From Octopus vulgaris (lineage: Eukaryota), in the NCBI GenBank assembly GCA_951406725.2, contig OX597815.1:14012001-14076000 (forward strand): a stretch of DNA of 64,000 nucleotides. The letters are read 5' to 3'. The translations under genes were made by a program, and so were the position numbers. Below, piece after piece: positions 13,296 to 26,267 of the stretch (position 1 is the first letter of the stretch; every line of letters starts with the position of its first letter). The notes below the pieces were generated by a model that saw only the letters and a list, made by a program, of their open reading frames with translations, searched no databases and had not been told where the DNA came from.

Positions 13296-13800
13296 CATAT
13301 CCTATTCATTTTTTGTTTATCTTCCATAAAGAATTTAATAACAACATGGGTCTATGGTATATAATGCTTGCTCAATATCACATGTTATTGATAGCGTAGC
13401 TTAAGTTATTATGCCCTGATATATGCTTGATATTATTGCGAAACTGGAGAGGGATTTGAAAAGCATTAATTATTGCTGTAGCAGCATAACTAGCGTATTT
13501 TAAGCACACACACTTACAGGGGTGATAATGTTTCGATAATGATTTTTATCAGATCATTAGTATTGATTTCCTATAAACATGATACCAAAAACGAAGGGGG
13601 AATTGTAGGATGTGAGGACAAAGAAGAGAAAGAGGACAAAGAAAGAAGATGAAGAAAAGAAAAAGAAGAAGAAGAAGAAAAGGAAAGAAGAAGAAAGAAG
13701 ATGAAAGAAGAAGAACAAGAAGAAGAACAAGAAGAAGAAGAAGAACCGCTGTGAATAGCGTATTTAATAACGAAGAATTTCGTACATACATATTCTTATA

Positions 13801-14418
13801 CAGGGTTCAAAACAGTCTCTCTGCAGTGAATGTTTTTCATCCTACGCATGCGCAACTTGGTTGTCACTGCGTGGGCGGTTGGGCGTCAGCCATTGTCTCT
13901 CAGTTATTGTATACCCTTCAGCGTGTCGACATGCTACCCGTTGAAGAACTTACGTTTTTAGTTGAATGGGTTTTTTTCGAGCCAGAAACAAGTACACAGA
14001 TACTGTGAAACTGAAGTTCGGTGGAACTTTTCCAAATACTGTTGTTCCACATCGTGACAGGATTCGATAAGAAAATTTAGAAACACAGGCTCAGTGGAAG
14101 ATGCAGCGAGAAGCGGTAGACCTACTGTTCTTTCAGTCGAAACACTCCAATATTCCTAATAAACTGTTGGCAACACCGTCAAAGTTCTTACGCAAATTGT
14201 TACAAGAAACGGAAATAAGCCTGGAAAGTGCTCACATGGCAGTAAAAAAGAAATTAAATTTCATGTATTAAAAATGAAGGACGACACTTTCAACACTTCG
14301 TATAAAGTGTTTTTAGAGTCTTGTAAAGTCTAATATATTCATTTGTAGTCTTATACCATCTTATAAATATTTATTTTGCAATAAAAAACTTACTACGGAG
14401 AGACCTTTTGAACATCCT
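13801..14418 (+). mobile_element. Internally deleted Tc1/mariner-superfamily element (HTH remnant)
   Basis: Imperfect TIRs CAGGGTTCAAAACAGTCTCTC / GAGAGACCTTTTGAACATCCT with TA flanks; peptide KFRNTGSVEDAARSGRPT. Confidence 0.8.
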
Positions 14419-14472
14419 ATACAGTCATCAAGAACAAAAACGTCGTTTCTGCATACAATAAATATTTAAACA

Positions 14473-14890
14473 GTAAGTAGCTTGCTAACCAACCACATGG
14501 TTCCGGGTTCAGTCCCACTGCGTGGCACCTTGGGCAAGTGTCTTCTGCTATAGCCCCGGGCCGACCAAAGCCTTGTGAGTGGATTTGGTAGACGGAAACT
14601 GAAAGAAGCCTGTCGTATATATGTATATATATGTGTGTATGTATGTGTGTGTGTGTGTTTGTGTGTCTGTGTTTGTCCCCCTAGCATTGCTTGACAACCA
14701 ATGCTGGTGTGTTTATGTCCCCGTCACTTAGCGGTTCGGCAAAAAGAGACCGATAGAATAAGTACTGGGCTTACAAAGAATAAGTCCCGGGGTCGATTTG
14801 CTCGACTAAAGGCGGTGCTCCAGCATGGCCGCTGTCAAATGACTGAAACAAGTAAAAAAAAAGAAAAAAAAAGAGTAAAAAATAGAGAGA
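14473..14890 (+). mobile_element. SINE family A, 5'-truncated
   Basis: Homology to the other copies. Confidence 0.92.
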
Positions 14891-15069
14891 GTTAAACTAA
14901 GAATGACGTAGAAGAAAAAGACAATCAGAGCGTTTAATTGCAGAAAAGTTGAGGACATCCTTATATGTTTTGAGCTCAAAACGTCTGTGAAATGCTACGA
15001 ATAATAATTTCAGTAATACTGCTCCTAAACACGCATGATCTTGAGTCTATGCTATAAAATAATTGCTAT

Positions 15070-15515
15070 TATTTAGTGAGAGAGCAGAGCATGTCATCAA
15101 AGTGACACTGGGTTACAATTATACGAAGCCCAATATACGCGTCATGACCACTGGCCTGAAAAGGGTACACCAGGCACATGCATCACAACCACGTGAGCAC
15201 GACATGGTGATTTTATATCACGATAAACAGCGCATGACGTGGCAATTGGGGCCAAGTTAGAGTTTTCTTCGGGTTGAGTAGCCGATCCCTCCCAAAAGGT
15301 CCCTGAATAAGGTTTGTTTAATGATGATAAACGAAACACCTATGTTTCCAAATGTGAATTATTTGAAACCCAAATAATTCTTCTCAACACAAGGCTATGA
15401 TGCACCCCTACTACTTCTGCTCTTGATCATAGATGCACATATGGTCAGCCTCCAAGGGACATGCTCAGCTGGTTAAATTCAAACAACTGACAAGCAAATC
15501 TGTGTTATTGAGCAG
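15070..15515 (-). mobile_element. Non-coding retroposon family D ending CTCTCTCACT-(AAT)n
   Basis: Reverse complement of 62435-62795 and 30797-30945. Confidence 0.85.
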
Positions 15516-15691
15516 GTCTATAAATAGATTCACCTGATGGTGGTGAGGTCAGCCATAGAGATAAAAGAATTTTCGCACCCTTTGGGACATCAGAGGTCAC
15601 ATGTGTTTACTAGTACCAGTGGCCACTGATAGCGTCGCTTTGAGAAGAAGCAACTCAACGTGTTCTATTTGTAATTACTGGCAGAAAAAAC

Positions 15692-15741
<50 letters not shown>

Positions 15742-15744
15742 ATA

Positions 15745-16094
15745 TATTATTAGAGAATGGAAGAAATGGAGTTGAACGAAGATTGTACAGAATTCCTTTT
15801 ATTACATTCTACACATGTTTCAAAGGCCATAAATTTCCAAATTCTGATTAAATAAGAGTACCATATTGTGGCTTTCTCTTCAGGAAAAAACAGGAATTCC
15901 GTTGACAGAACAAAACAAAACAGAGGCGCAGCAACGCAATTCGAACGAGGACGCTCCTTAAGAGCCCATGGCTGAACTGTTTTCACAATATGGTACCCTT
16001 ATTTAATCAGAATTTGGAAATTTCGTGGCCTTTGAAACATGTGTAGAATGTAATAAAAGGAATTCTGTACACATTTCTTCCATTCACAATAATA
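15745..16094. mobile_element. Inverted-repeat element (arms 15745-15870 and 15984-16094) resembling a Penelope pseudo-LTR
   Basis: Arms are reverse complements; lies between (TA)n tracts; contains an HHR motif. Confidence 0.75.
15807..15886 (-). ncRNA. Type I hammerhead-like motif with long helix II
   Basis: TTC-CTGAAGA-gAAAGCCA..(55 nt in total)..TGGCCTTT-GAAA-CATGT-GTA-GAA. Confidence 0.6.
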
Positions 16095-16213
16095 TTAAAC
16101 TTCAATTATCACCAACGCACGGTTGCAACACATATCTCCAACCGTGCTTTTTTCTGCTGTGATTTTTGTATATCGTTAAACTTTTGTAATCTGTAACAAG
16201 AAAATTCATATTT

Positions 16214-16301
<88 letters not shown>

Positions 16302-16302
<1 letters not shown>

Positions 16303-16712
16303 GGAGTGGCTGTGTGGTAAGTAGCTTGCTAACCAACCACATGGTTCCGAGTTCAGTCCCACTGCGTGGCATCTTGGGCAAGTGTCTTCTGCTATAGCCC
16401 CGGGCCGACCAATGCCTTGTGGGTGGATTTAGTAGACGGAAACTGAAAGAAGCCTGTCGTATATATGTGTATATAAGTGTGAGTGTATATGTTTGTGTGT
16501 CTGTGTTTGTCCCCCGAGCATTGCTTGACAACCGATGCTAGTGTGTTTACGTCCCCGTCACTTAGCGATTCGGCAAAACAGACCGATAAAATAAGTACTG
16601 GGCTTACAAAGAATAAGTCCCGGGGTCGATTTGCTCGGCTAAAGGCGGTGCTCCAGCATGGCCGCAGTCAAATGACTGAAACAACCAAAAGAGTAAAAGA
16701 GAGTAAAGAGTA
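16302..16712 (+). mobile_element. SINE family A
   Basis: Homology to the other copies; follows (TA)n. Confidence 0.92.
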
Positions 16713-16735
16713 TACGCACACACACACACACACAT

Positions 16736-16773
<38 letters not shown>

Positions 16774-17791
16774 ACTTGTATTCACCTCGTTGAAGTTTTG
16801 AATTTCTGAATTCAATTGTGTTGTTGCAATAAAAGGGTACGTTTACGTATTTGGGTAATATATTAAAGTTTTTTTCTTTGTTTTTAAAGCTGATCGTTTG
16901 TGTGTCCGAAAGCTGTATGTGTGTAAGTTTCCTAACTTATTTTATTTTGAGGGAGATTTAAAATATTCACAGGAATTGTAAACATTCCAATCTTTGGGAA
17001 TAGTAGGAGGAAGAGATGTTCACATTGTTGGATTTTTGAACTTCTGATTCTTTTTTCTTTTTCTTTTGGAATTTTTATCTTCTTTTTAAAAGGTTCGCTG
17101 TGGTTTACAGTTTTTGTAGTTGTGCAGTATGTATATATTGGTAGGTGCTTACTTCTTTAATTTTTTATCTTGCATTTAAGTGTGTTTTTACAATAAAATG
17201 CATGTTTACATATTCTGTTAGTAGTGAAGAAGGAAAAACAAAATACTCCCACAAATTTCTTTAGTTTTTGAGATGTTCGTTTGTATGACCGTTCAGAGAA
17301 ATCCTTGGCATTTTTTACAATAAAAAGGATGTTTACATTTTCCCATATTCAGGGGAAAAGGAACCGAAAGAAAAGGAACGTATAATTTTTTCACACAGAA
17401 AACTGTTGATATGAAGTTTTTAAACTTTACTGGAGATGATCTTTCGCCTGTGCGAACAGAGAAATCGGTAGTTTTCTTGGAATAAAGAGGATGTTTATAT
17501 TTTCCAAAACTCAGGATGGGGAGAGGAAATGATAGGTATTCACAGGTGTACATATTAAAGGTTTTAAAGCTGATTGTTTATGTGTTCGAAAGCAGTAGAT
17601 ATGTAAGTTCCTTAACTTATTTTGAGGGAAATTCAAAATGCTCACAGGAAACTGTAGATATTCCAGGCTTTTAGAGTTATTTTTCAGTTGTCCTGCTTGG
17701 TTGTATTAGTGTTCCTGTGTTTTCACCTGCTGACAGGTTAGAGCAGCCAAGAACTAATCCAGCCGCTGTCAAGTCCAGCCTTATTATCATT

Positions 17792-17871
<80 letters not shown>

Positions 17872-17907
17872 ATACATATATACATGCACTACATACATAC
17901 ATACACA

Positions 17908-18560
17908 CATATAGGCTTCTCAAAACCAGAAAGGAGAAAGCTAATTTGAAGGCTACAGATCCAATCCATCACTGGAACTGTAAAACTTTTCAGTAGTTTA
18001 TCATTTAAATATTTATGAGCATGTCTAGATATGTAAGTCTGTGAATGAGAATACATACATAAAACATGCAAATCTTCACATACATACATACATACATACA
18101 TACATACATACATACATACATACATACATACATACATACATACATACAATGCTTACATACGTATCGCGCAAAGATATGTACCGTCAGAGACGTCAGCTGC
18201 CCTGCAAATATAAATATCCTATTGGAAATAAAAGAAAAAGAAGATATGTACAGACATCTGCTTTGAAACCCCTGCTGCTGCTCCTATATTCAAACTATGA
18301 ATTCATATTCATATCAATAATAATTGGATCACTAAATTTTGTTAGTAAATGCTTAAAACCTAATCTGGATCAACTGGGATTTTCAGAAAGAAAAACTGAA
18401 CGGCTGATTCGTACATTACAAGTCCAATCCGTGAGTGGAACAGAAAAACTATTCTCTGTGTTAACTACACCCCAAAGATGGAGCCTTGTATGTTTGTTGG
18501 AAACCGATTCCTTCCTCGGAGGAAGATTTTTAATAATTAAAAAATAGAAGACACACACGA
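17908..18560 (+). mobile_element. Two tandem 3' fragments of an RLE-type LINE in (CATA)n
   Basis: IGFSKPERRKLI*RLQIQSITGTVKL (~17910-17990); DVSCPANINILLEIKEKEDMY..FISIIIGSLNFVSKCLKPNLDQLGFSERKTERLIRTLQVQSVSGTEKL (~18170-18450). Confidence 0.7.
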
Positions 18561-18869
18561 TACCGCAAAAGGTAATAAACATTACAAAAATAATTATCCT
18601 CTTAATGTATGAACGCTAAGAACGGAAATGGCAGCTCCTACTCTTGCGTAAATTGGAAATTGGATGGAGCGCAATAATTTAAGGTAGAAAGCGTATAAGA
18701 TGGTAACAGCTACCCGTTACACCGAGCAAGATGCTTGAAAAATTACCAAAATTACATGCGCGAGCGGATTTTCATTATGGTCAAAATGAGATTTTTGGTG
18801 ACAAAAGTGTGAATTGTCATGCATGTCCGCAGAAGCAGGAGGTAAAGGTAATAGAGTAATTGTGGTTTG

Positions 18870-20122
18870 GTTTCATTTTTTTTTTTTGTCAATTTGGATT
18901 AACATTCACGAGATAGTTAAGACCAGATTGTTACCATATGTCGCTTTTAATAATTTCCACATTTTGTTTGATATAACAACGAAATATTGGTTTGTTGCCC
19001 AATGGTCATAGCTGCCAATTCGATCACGTGTACATATAATTTCAAATTTTGCAATGACGGAGCTGCCAGCAATTGTATTTTTCAAGTTTTCACTGTCGCA
19101 CATTCGGTATTTGGTGTTAGGTTCTGCCTCCGTTGTCTTGTTAATCTTTGTGCCCAGGCACTGGACTTGTGCAGCGACAATCAGTACTTTCCATACTCCT
19201 TTTAGGCTACAGCAAATGAATCGTTGTTAGCTCTTACTTCCCTATAGAAAAATTACAGAGTATTGGCTGTGGAGTGGTTTGTCTCTTTTTTCCTTCTCTA
19301 GCATATTTTGCAATTCTGTTTTTATTTCAACTTTTGTCTCTTTAAACATTCTGTTGTGTTGTTATCTAACTTTTTTGTTCAGCGTAGTTTGCTTCTCTGC
19401 GTATTTTATCACTTATGTACAGAGAAAATTTTTTCTTCTTCTTTCGTAATAACATTTATCAGTCTTCCTCTCTTAATTCCTAAGTATTTCTCCTGTACAA
19501 CAGTATTTCTTTAAGATAAGTTTCCTATTAGTATCAGGCAAAGTACTCCTTGCACATGGCGTGCGTATATTTTCTCCATATCTGTTTCGTGGTAATAGCT
19601 TCAGTACGCTGTCAGTAGTTCCCTGGTTTTCCTACTCAAAGTTTCAACTTATCTAACCTTCAGTTTATTGTATCAAATCTGTAATTTATAACTAGTATGC
19701 AAGCGTATTTGTATCTATTATGTTATTTCTAGCATGGAGTTCGTTATTCCATATTATTCTATCTTTTCTGATATATGCTTTCTTATTTTGCATGTCATTC
19801 CCATGTATTCTGCTTTAGCTCTTTATTCCTAGATACTTCTACAGTTGATTCTGATCTAATTCTCTGATTTCAGCGCCTAGTTTTTCCTTTATATTCTGGT
19901 TTTGGTTAATTTTCCTATCACTGGATTTGTTTTGACGCACTTGTCTAGTCTTAAGCTTCTCTGTATACCTTTGGAGGAAGTATAGACAGATTTAATATTT
20001 ACTAGTTCGGTTTGACTTCAAAAGCAGTTTTAAATCATTGATACAGGCGATTATTGTGTTCATGGCACTTGTATCTTATGCTGATATTCTGCGATATTGC
20101 TTCTGGGGTTAAAGCCAGACAA
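18870..20122 (-). mobile_element. Decayed R4/Dong-like LINE fragment
   Basis: RT remnant LYINDLK and zinc-knuckle remnant; inverted near-copy at 23131-24218. Confidence 0.75.
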
Positions 20123-20349
20123 GAGTTGGGAGATGGGAGCAAAGAATCTTTTTGAAAACAATAGATTGATTCCACGCTCTTCCCTTATATTTTGATATAA
20201 TGACAGTTTTTCAATTTTCTCATCTCATGACATACACCTCAGTAAAGTTGGGGCCACTTTATTTATATGGGGCAAATCCATTATCCATTCATTTTATGAA
20301 AGATAATGGAAACATTATTATTGTTGTTGCTCTTGTTGTTGTAATTGTT

Positions 20350-20900
20350 ATTATTCATTTAATATTATATGTGTGGCGTTTGCTTTGTATTTATACAAGT
20401 TGTCTCCAAGTCTCACCTAGAGACCTCAAGAGACATCAAATTAGAAGTCCAAGTTGGCATTATAAACTAGGGTGATTTTTGCACAGATAATGACTATCAC
20501 AACGTAAGTTTGTTTTAAAATTATTTGATTATATGATGATAGTCTGATGTCAGTAGCACATTAAAAAGTATTTGAATTTCAGTACATTTGAAAGTATGTT
20601 GACACTGTTTACGGATTAAAATATTTTGGGGATTTCATAGATAATATTTTACGTAGGATATGGGCAGTTTCCATGAGCACTATCTTTTGAATTTCTTCCA
20701 TGTTTGAATTTCCTGGTATCTGAGCTAGATAGTAATCAGCTTCTGTTGCTCTTATTCCTAGATTCCTACGGCAAGTGTAACAACAAGTATTGTTTTAGCC
20801 ATATACTTTCCGGATTATTATTTATAATCACAGATCACTCCTCAGATAGCAGATTAAGAATCGAAGGCGCTGCAGGTCGACCCTTCTTGTTTCAAAATAT
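20350..20900 (-). mobile_element. 3' end of a Dong-like LINE
   Basis: Reverse complement matches 61160-61490 (EIQKIVLM..AHILRKIL and a 3' UTR containing TCTCTTGAGGTCTCT). Confidence 0.8.
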
Positions 20901-21506
20901 ATTATCGAGTATTTTCCAGTGTAGTCTTTTGTATCTGAGAAGGTAAGGAGGCACTTGAGAAGGCGTGGTGTTTCTTTTGTTTTTTGCTTTTTATTTGTTT
21001 TGTTTCCTATGGCTTTTGGTTTGTTTCTTTTTTCCATTAGAGTTGAGAACATTAATATGTTTGACGAAACTAATACAAATATAGACTAAACATTTCCCTT
21101 CTATAGTAGCGGCGGCAAAAAAACTTTTCGTACACCATAATAATAATAATAATAATTTTATTTATTTATTATTTATATATAATAATAAAATAAGGAAATT
21201 CGATTAGATACATTGTGCAAAAACCAAAAATAAACATCGAAATCATAGCGAAAAATTCTAAAACATAAAATTCAAATTCCAGTAACGATATCAACATCAG
21301 TCATCATGACCAAGTCAATAGGAAAAGTAACACAGTGAAATATATAAATTTCTTCGGATGATGGAATTGGGAAATTAACTGCCCCAAACAATTTTGAGGG
21401 GAATCACGTAAAAATTTAAAAAACAAATTTAATGAAATGGAAAAAACTCGATTAAAGTAATGTTTTTAATGCATGGGCAAAGAAATAGCTGTTCTCAATA
21501 AACGCA

Positions 21507-21555
<49 letters not shown>

Positions 21556-21738
21556 GCCTCTCTCTCTCTCAGTTTATATCCCTATATTTGTATATATGCA
21601 TATATGCATGCATGTAGGGAGTGTCTATCTATGTGAAGCTGGTGGTTAATAAATCACTACAGTTACCTAACACAAAGCACTGAGTGCTCTATACCTTCTT
21701 TTATATATAAAATTTCTCCGCACACACACAAACATATA

Positions 21739-21796
<58 letters not shown>

Positions 21797-23130
21797 TTGT
21801 CGTAAGCCAGATAGATGTAAACTAAGAATGATTCTTAAAATATTGTGTTTCCATTGTTTAGTGTCTGAAAATATACTGAAGTAAATGTTTCAGAATTTAA
21901 TATTGCTGTCAAGTTAGATACATCCGTTTCGGATCTGATTACATGTTTAGACAAAAATATCTACTTAAGATGTCAAATAGAGAAAGATTACGTACGTACA
22001 TACACATAGGAGTATAGATACATACATACGTTAATGTATATGCGTTTATCTGTGTGTGTTATGTGTGTGTTTATGTGTAATATGTGTGTGCGTACGTATG
22101 TGTGTGTGCGCGTGAGTGTGATTGTGTATGTATATCTATGAATTATCTTTTTTCATGTATTTGTAAGTGTGTATGTGTATGTGTAGGGCGAAATAGACAG
22201 GAAGTGGCTGAGTGAAGTAAATGGAAGAGATTTCATTTGATTTACCATAAGGAAAATCTCCGTAGATTAAATTTTATCGTCGATTGAGTTCAGATTGTCA
22301 TATATTTATATTTATCATTATGACTTTTTGAGAGGTAGAAAAACAGTGTCCAACGCTAGGGAATTTTTATTTTAAATATAGAGGGATAAACCAAAATGTC
22401 TAATAACGGTCTGCTAGATAGATTCCTGGTGCAAGAGAGCTTATAAGAGGTAGTAAACCTTGCACAATGCACAATGCACAAAACAAGAAAAACGGCACTT
22501 TACAGTTTTCAGTATTATCATGCAGCTCTCAAGTGTAGACTTCTACTATGCGATATTCTACAGATGATATACACAATAGCTGTTCGTCTGCTTGTGTTAT
22601 TTAGATAGTATCGGTCTCTCACTTAGCCCCCTCTGGTAGCTGGGGACTAAATGATGTACTGGATGAAATATGTTGATTTTTGTAAATGGTACAGGTCACG
22701 CGTTTAGTTGTCTCTTGTGACTAGGAGTGGGTTATATTGATCAATAAGTTGAATCAGATGTAGCACATCATTGCGCAGTCATTAAAGATGATCATGTGTG
22801 AGTTGCTATAGTAGAGAAAATGAAAAATTGTTCGGAAACCCGTTTTATCGTTGAATCAGTCTATTAAGTAATTTCATAGGTCACACAAAGACACATAACA
22901 GCCTATAGATGAATAATAAACTTATAAAGGGAGCTTAGAAGCTAATTTAGCCAAATAGATTAAGATTCTAAATGTTTGAAAAAAAATAGCCTTTAAGGAC
23001 TCATTATGAACATTGATGAAAAATTAAAACCTATGATTTACGAGACGACAATTAGAATGTGATGTTCGTTAATATTAAATTGAGGATAACAAGTACAACA
23101 ACAAGAACAACAACAATACTAATGTTTCCT

Positions 23131-24218
23131 TTGTCTGGCATTAACCCCAGAAGCAATATCGCAGAATATCAGCATAAGATACAAGTCCCTGAGCACAATA
23201 ATCGCCTGTACATCAATGATTTAAAAATCTTTAGAAGTTAAACCAAACTAGTAAACATAAATTTTTTCTATACTTGCTGCAAAAATATACAGAGAAGTTT
23301 AAATTTACACAAGTGTGTCAAAACAAATGCAGTGATAGGAAAATTAACCAAAACCAGAAGAAAGCAGAAAAACTAGGCGCTGAAATCAGAGAATTAGATC
23401 AGAATCAACTGTAGAAGTATCTAGGAATAAAGAGCTAAAGCAGAATACATGGAAATGAAATGGAAAATAAGAAAGCATATATCAGAAAATATGGAATAAC
23501 TAATATGGAATAACGAACTCCATGCTAGAAATAACATAACATATACAAATACGCTTGCATACTAGTTATAAATCACAGATTTGATACAATAAACTGAAGG
23601 TTAGATGAGTTGAAACTTTGAGTAGGAAAACCAGGAAACTACTGACAGCGTGCTGAAGCTATTACCACGAAACAGATATGGAGAAAATATACGCACGCCA
23701 TGTACAAGGAGTACTTTGCCTGATACTAATAGGAAACTTATCTTAAATAAATACTGTTGGACAGGAGAAATACTTAGGAATTAAGAGAGGAAGACTGATA
23801 AATGTTAGTACGAAAGAAGAAGAAAAACTTTTCTCTGTACATAAGTGATAAAATACGCAGAGAAACAAACTACGCTCAACAAAAAATTTAGATAACAACA
23901 CAACAGAATGTTTAAAGAGACAAAAGTTGAAATAAAAACAGAATTGCAAAATATGCTAGAGAAGAAAAAAGAGAAAAACCACTCCACAGCCAATACTCTG
24001 TAATTTTTCGATAGAGAAGTAAGAGCTAACAACGATTCATGTACTCTAGCCTAAAAGGAGTATGGAAAGTACTGATTGTCGCTGCACAAGTCCAGTGCCG
24101 GGGCGCAAACATTAACAAAACAACGAAGACAGAACCTAACACCACATACCGAATGTGCGCCAGTACAGTGAAAAACTGGACAATGCAATTGCTGGCAGCT
24201 CCGTCATTGCAAAATTTG
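23131..24218 (+). mobile_element. Decayed R4/Dong-like LINE fragment, inverted twin of 19042-20122
   Basis: NNRLYINDLKIF and YRMCASTVK peptides; long reverse-complement match. Confidence 0.8.
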
Positions 24219-24602
24219 TAAGGCTGCTACGTAGGTTTACATATAGTATCTCATTCCCTGAGACCGTGGACTAAAATTCCCATTTACAAGACTCATTGGA
24301 GTTAATTCGATACGTTATTGATTATGCTTAGCTTTTGTGAAGTTATCTTTCCTAACTTACTAAAGAAATCAAACGAGAAAGTTTTAAATATTTTATAGCT
24401 ACAAGAGTGAGACGTATTACTCGGATAGAAAGCACTTTTCAGTCTATAAATCGATTGATTTTTTTCATCTTCGGATGTTCTAATTTCGTCTTAGAGCAAT
24501 TTAAACTGCTGTGACATGAAACTCCAGATGATTTTACTTGTGTTCGAACTCCTATGATGCGGCGAAGACATAAACTAAAGTAGGCTTCCTTTTCACACTT
24601 GT

Positions 24603-24660
24603 GAGCGATAAAAAATATCTCAAGAATACAAGAGCGATAAAAAATATCTCAAGAATACAA
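24603..24660. repeat. Perfect 29-bp tandem duplication
   Basis: GAGCGATAAAAAATATCTCAAGAATACAA x2. Confidence 0.95.
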
Positions 24661-25299
24661 GATAAAGCTTCTATCCGGAGCTTATATCGTTTAAAACATC
24701 GATCTGTTTTTCTACTGCATTTAACTTCTTTAGAGCCTAGGAGACGGGCTTGTAAAATTATTCTTTGCCCATAGACACAGTGCATCGATGGGTCATGCCT
24801 GTCGTTCGCAACATAGGAAACGAGAGAAGGAAATTATATGTGTGCCATTGGCATATTGCCGTATACGTTTCTGGTATCGTTCTATTATTATTCTGCCACT
24901 ATCCTGTTTACGTTATAGTACCGCTCAGGAAAGCTAATACCAGTTTCGGCTTTCTTTTTCAGTAACGAGGCGCAATAACCGTAACAAAATCATTTGTCAT
25001 TCAATGGCCCATATCTAGTCAATAACGTTATTGGATGAAATACCACTACATCGCTCTAAGAGTACTGACTTCTCCATCTCCTCTGGGCTTTATGGATTTG
25101 AAGTTATGTATAAACCCTAACAACGTGGTCTCGGCTTTTAATTCAATTTTCAAACTTCCAGATTTGTCACATAAACGGGAAACTGTCCCTTTTAGGATAA
25201 GTCTGTCATTTTGAGTACACTGATATCTGCATTATTCTTCCTGATACACCATTTATACGTTTGTTTCTTGCTGTTTGTTTTTTTGTTTTTCTCTTGCAG

Positions 25300-25320
25300 A
25301 TGAACATCTACGAAAACACG
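25300..25320 (+). CDS. Candidate 21-nt microexon of an unidentified host gene (MNIYENT in phase 0, or xEHLRKH in phase 1)
   Basis: ~35-nt T-rich tract ending TCTCTTGCAG, then 21 nt, then G|GTAAGA donor. Confidence 0.55.
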
Positions 25321-25976
25321 GTAAGAATTATATGATATTCCGATCACTGACTAACATCATAATAGAGACAGCATATTTACTTAACATTGATGTTCCGGAA
25401 GATTTTCTAAGTGAACTCTGTTAATCATAGGGTTCGTTACAAACTATGTAAGAGTGTAATGACAACCTTCTATTATCGCACATCTTCAATGAATGGAAAT
25501 AAGAGTTGAACCCACGCCTCACATTAACAATCACGTAAAAACAAAAAACAATTGAAGTTGTTTATTTTTCGTTTTTCGTAAAGATGATTAGTACTGCCTC
25601 GAGTGTTACGCTATGACGATGCCTTTTATCAAATCGTATTTAATAAATACGTTCTCTTTTTGTTTTTTGCAACACATTTTCTAATAATATTTTTTCTGAA
25701 ATGTTTTTATGTAATTTTGTTTAATAGAACGATCGTCATTTGATTTTTGGCAGCTATTATAATTACCAGTAACAATTTGAAGTTGTTATATCTGACAGAT
25801 AAACAGTACTTAAAAGAGTGAGTCAGTATAATCTTTCCATCAGATTTTAAGCCAAGTTTCATATGTGATCAGTGCAATACATCACCGTAAGAAGTACAAT
25901 CCCCTCCCACTCTGAACCAAGTAGGAGAAACAGGTTTTGATTTCTAACACAATCTAGCGCTTTTGATGAGAAGAGA

Positions 25977-26267
25977 TTTCTAGCACAATCTCGTGCTCTT
26001 GAACGCCATTTTCTCTGTTTTTCATACTACAATAACAGAATACTATTGTTTTAAGTTTAGTAAAAATAATTTTGGAAATCTACATAATACTTAATGCAGC
26101 ATTTCTTGATGAGAATAGATTTCTAGCATAATCTAATGCTCTTGTAGAGAATAGAATGAACGTCATTTCTTCTGTTTTTCGTACTACAATAAAAGAATAC
26201 TATTGTTCTAAGTTTAGGAAAAATAATTTTGGAAATCTACATAATACTTAATGCAGCATTTCTTGAT
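25977..26267. repeat. Imperfect tandem duplication of ~135-150 bp
   Basis: TTTCTAGCA..AATAATTTTGGAAATCTACATAATACTTAATGCAGCATTTCTTGAT occurs twice. Confidence 0.9.
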
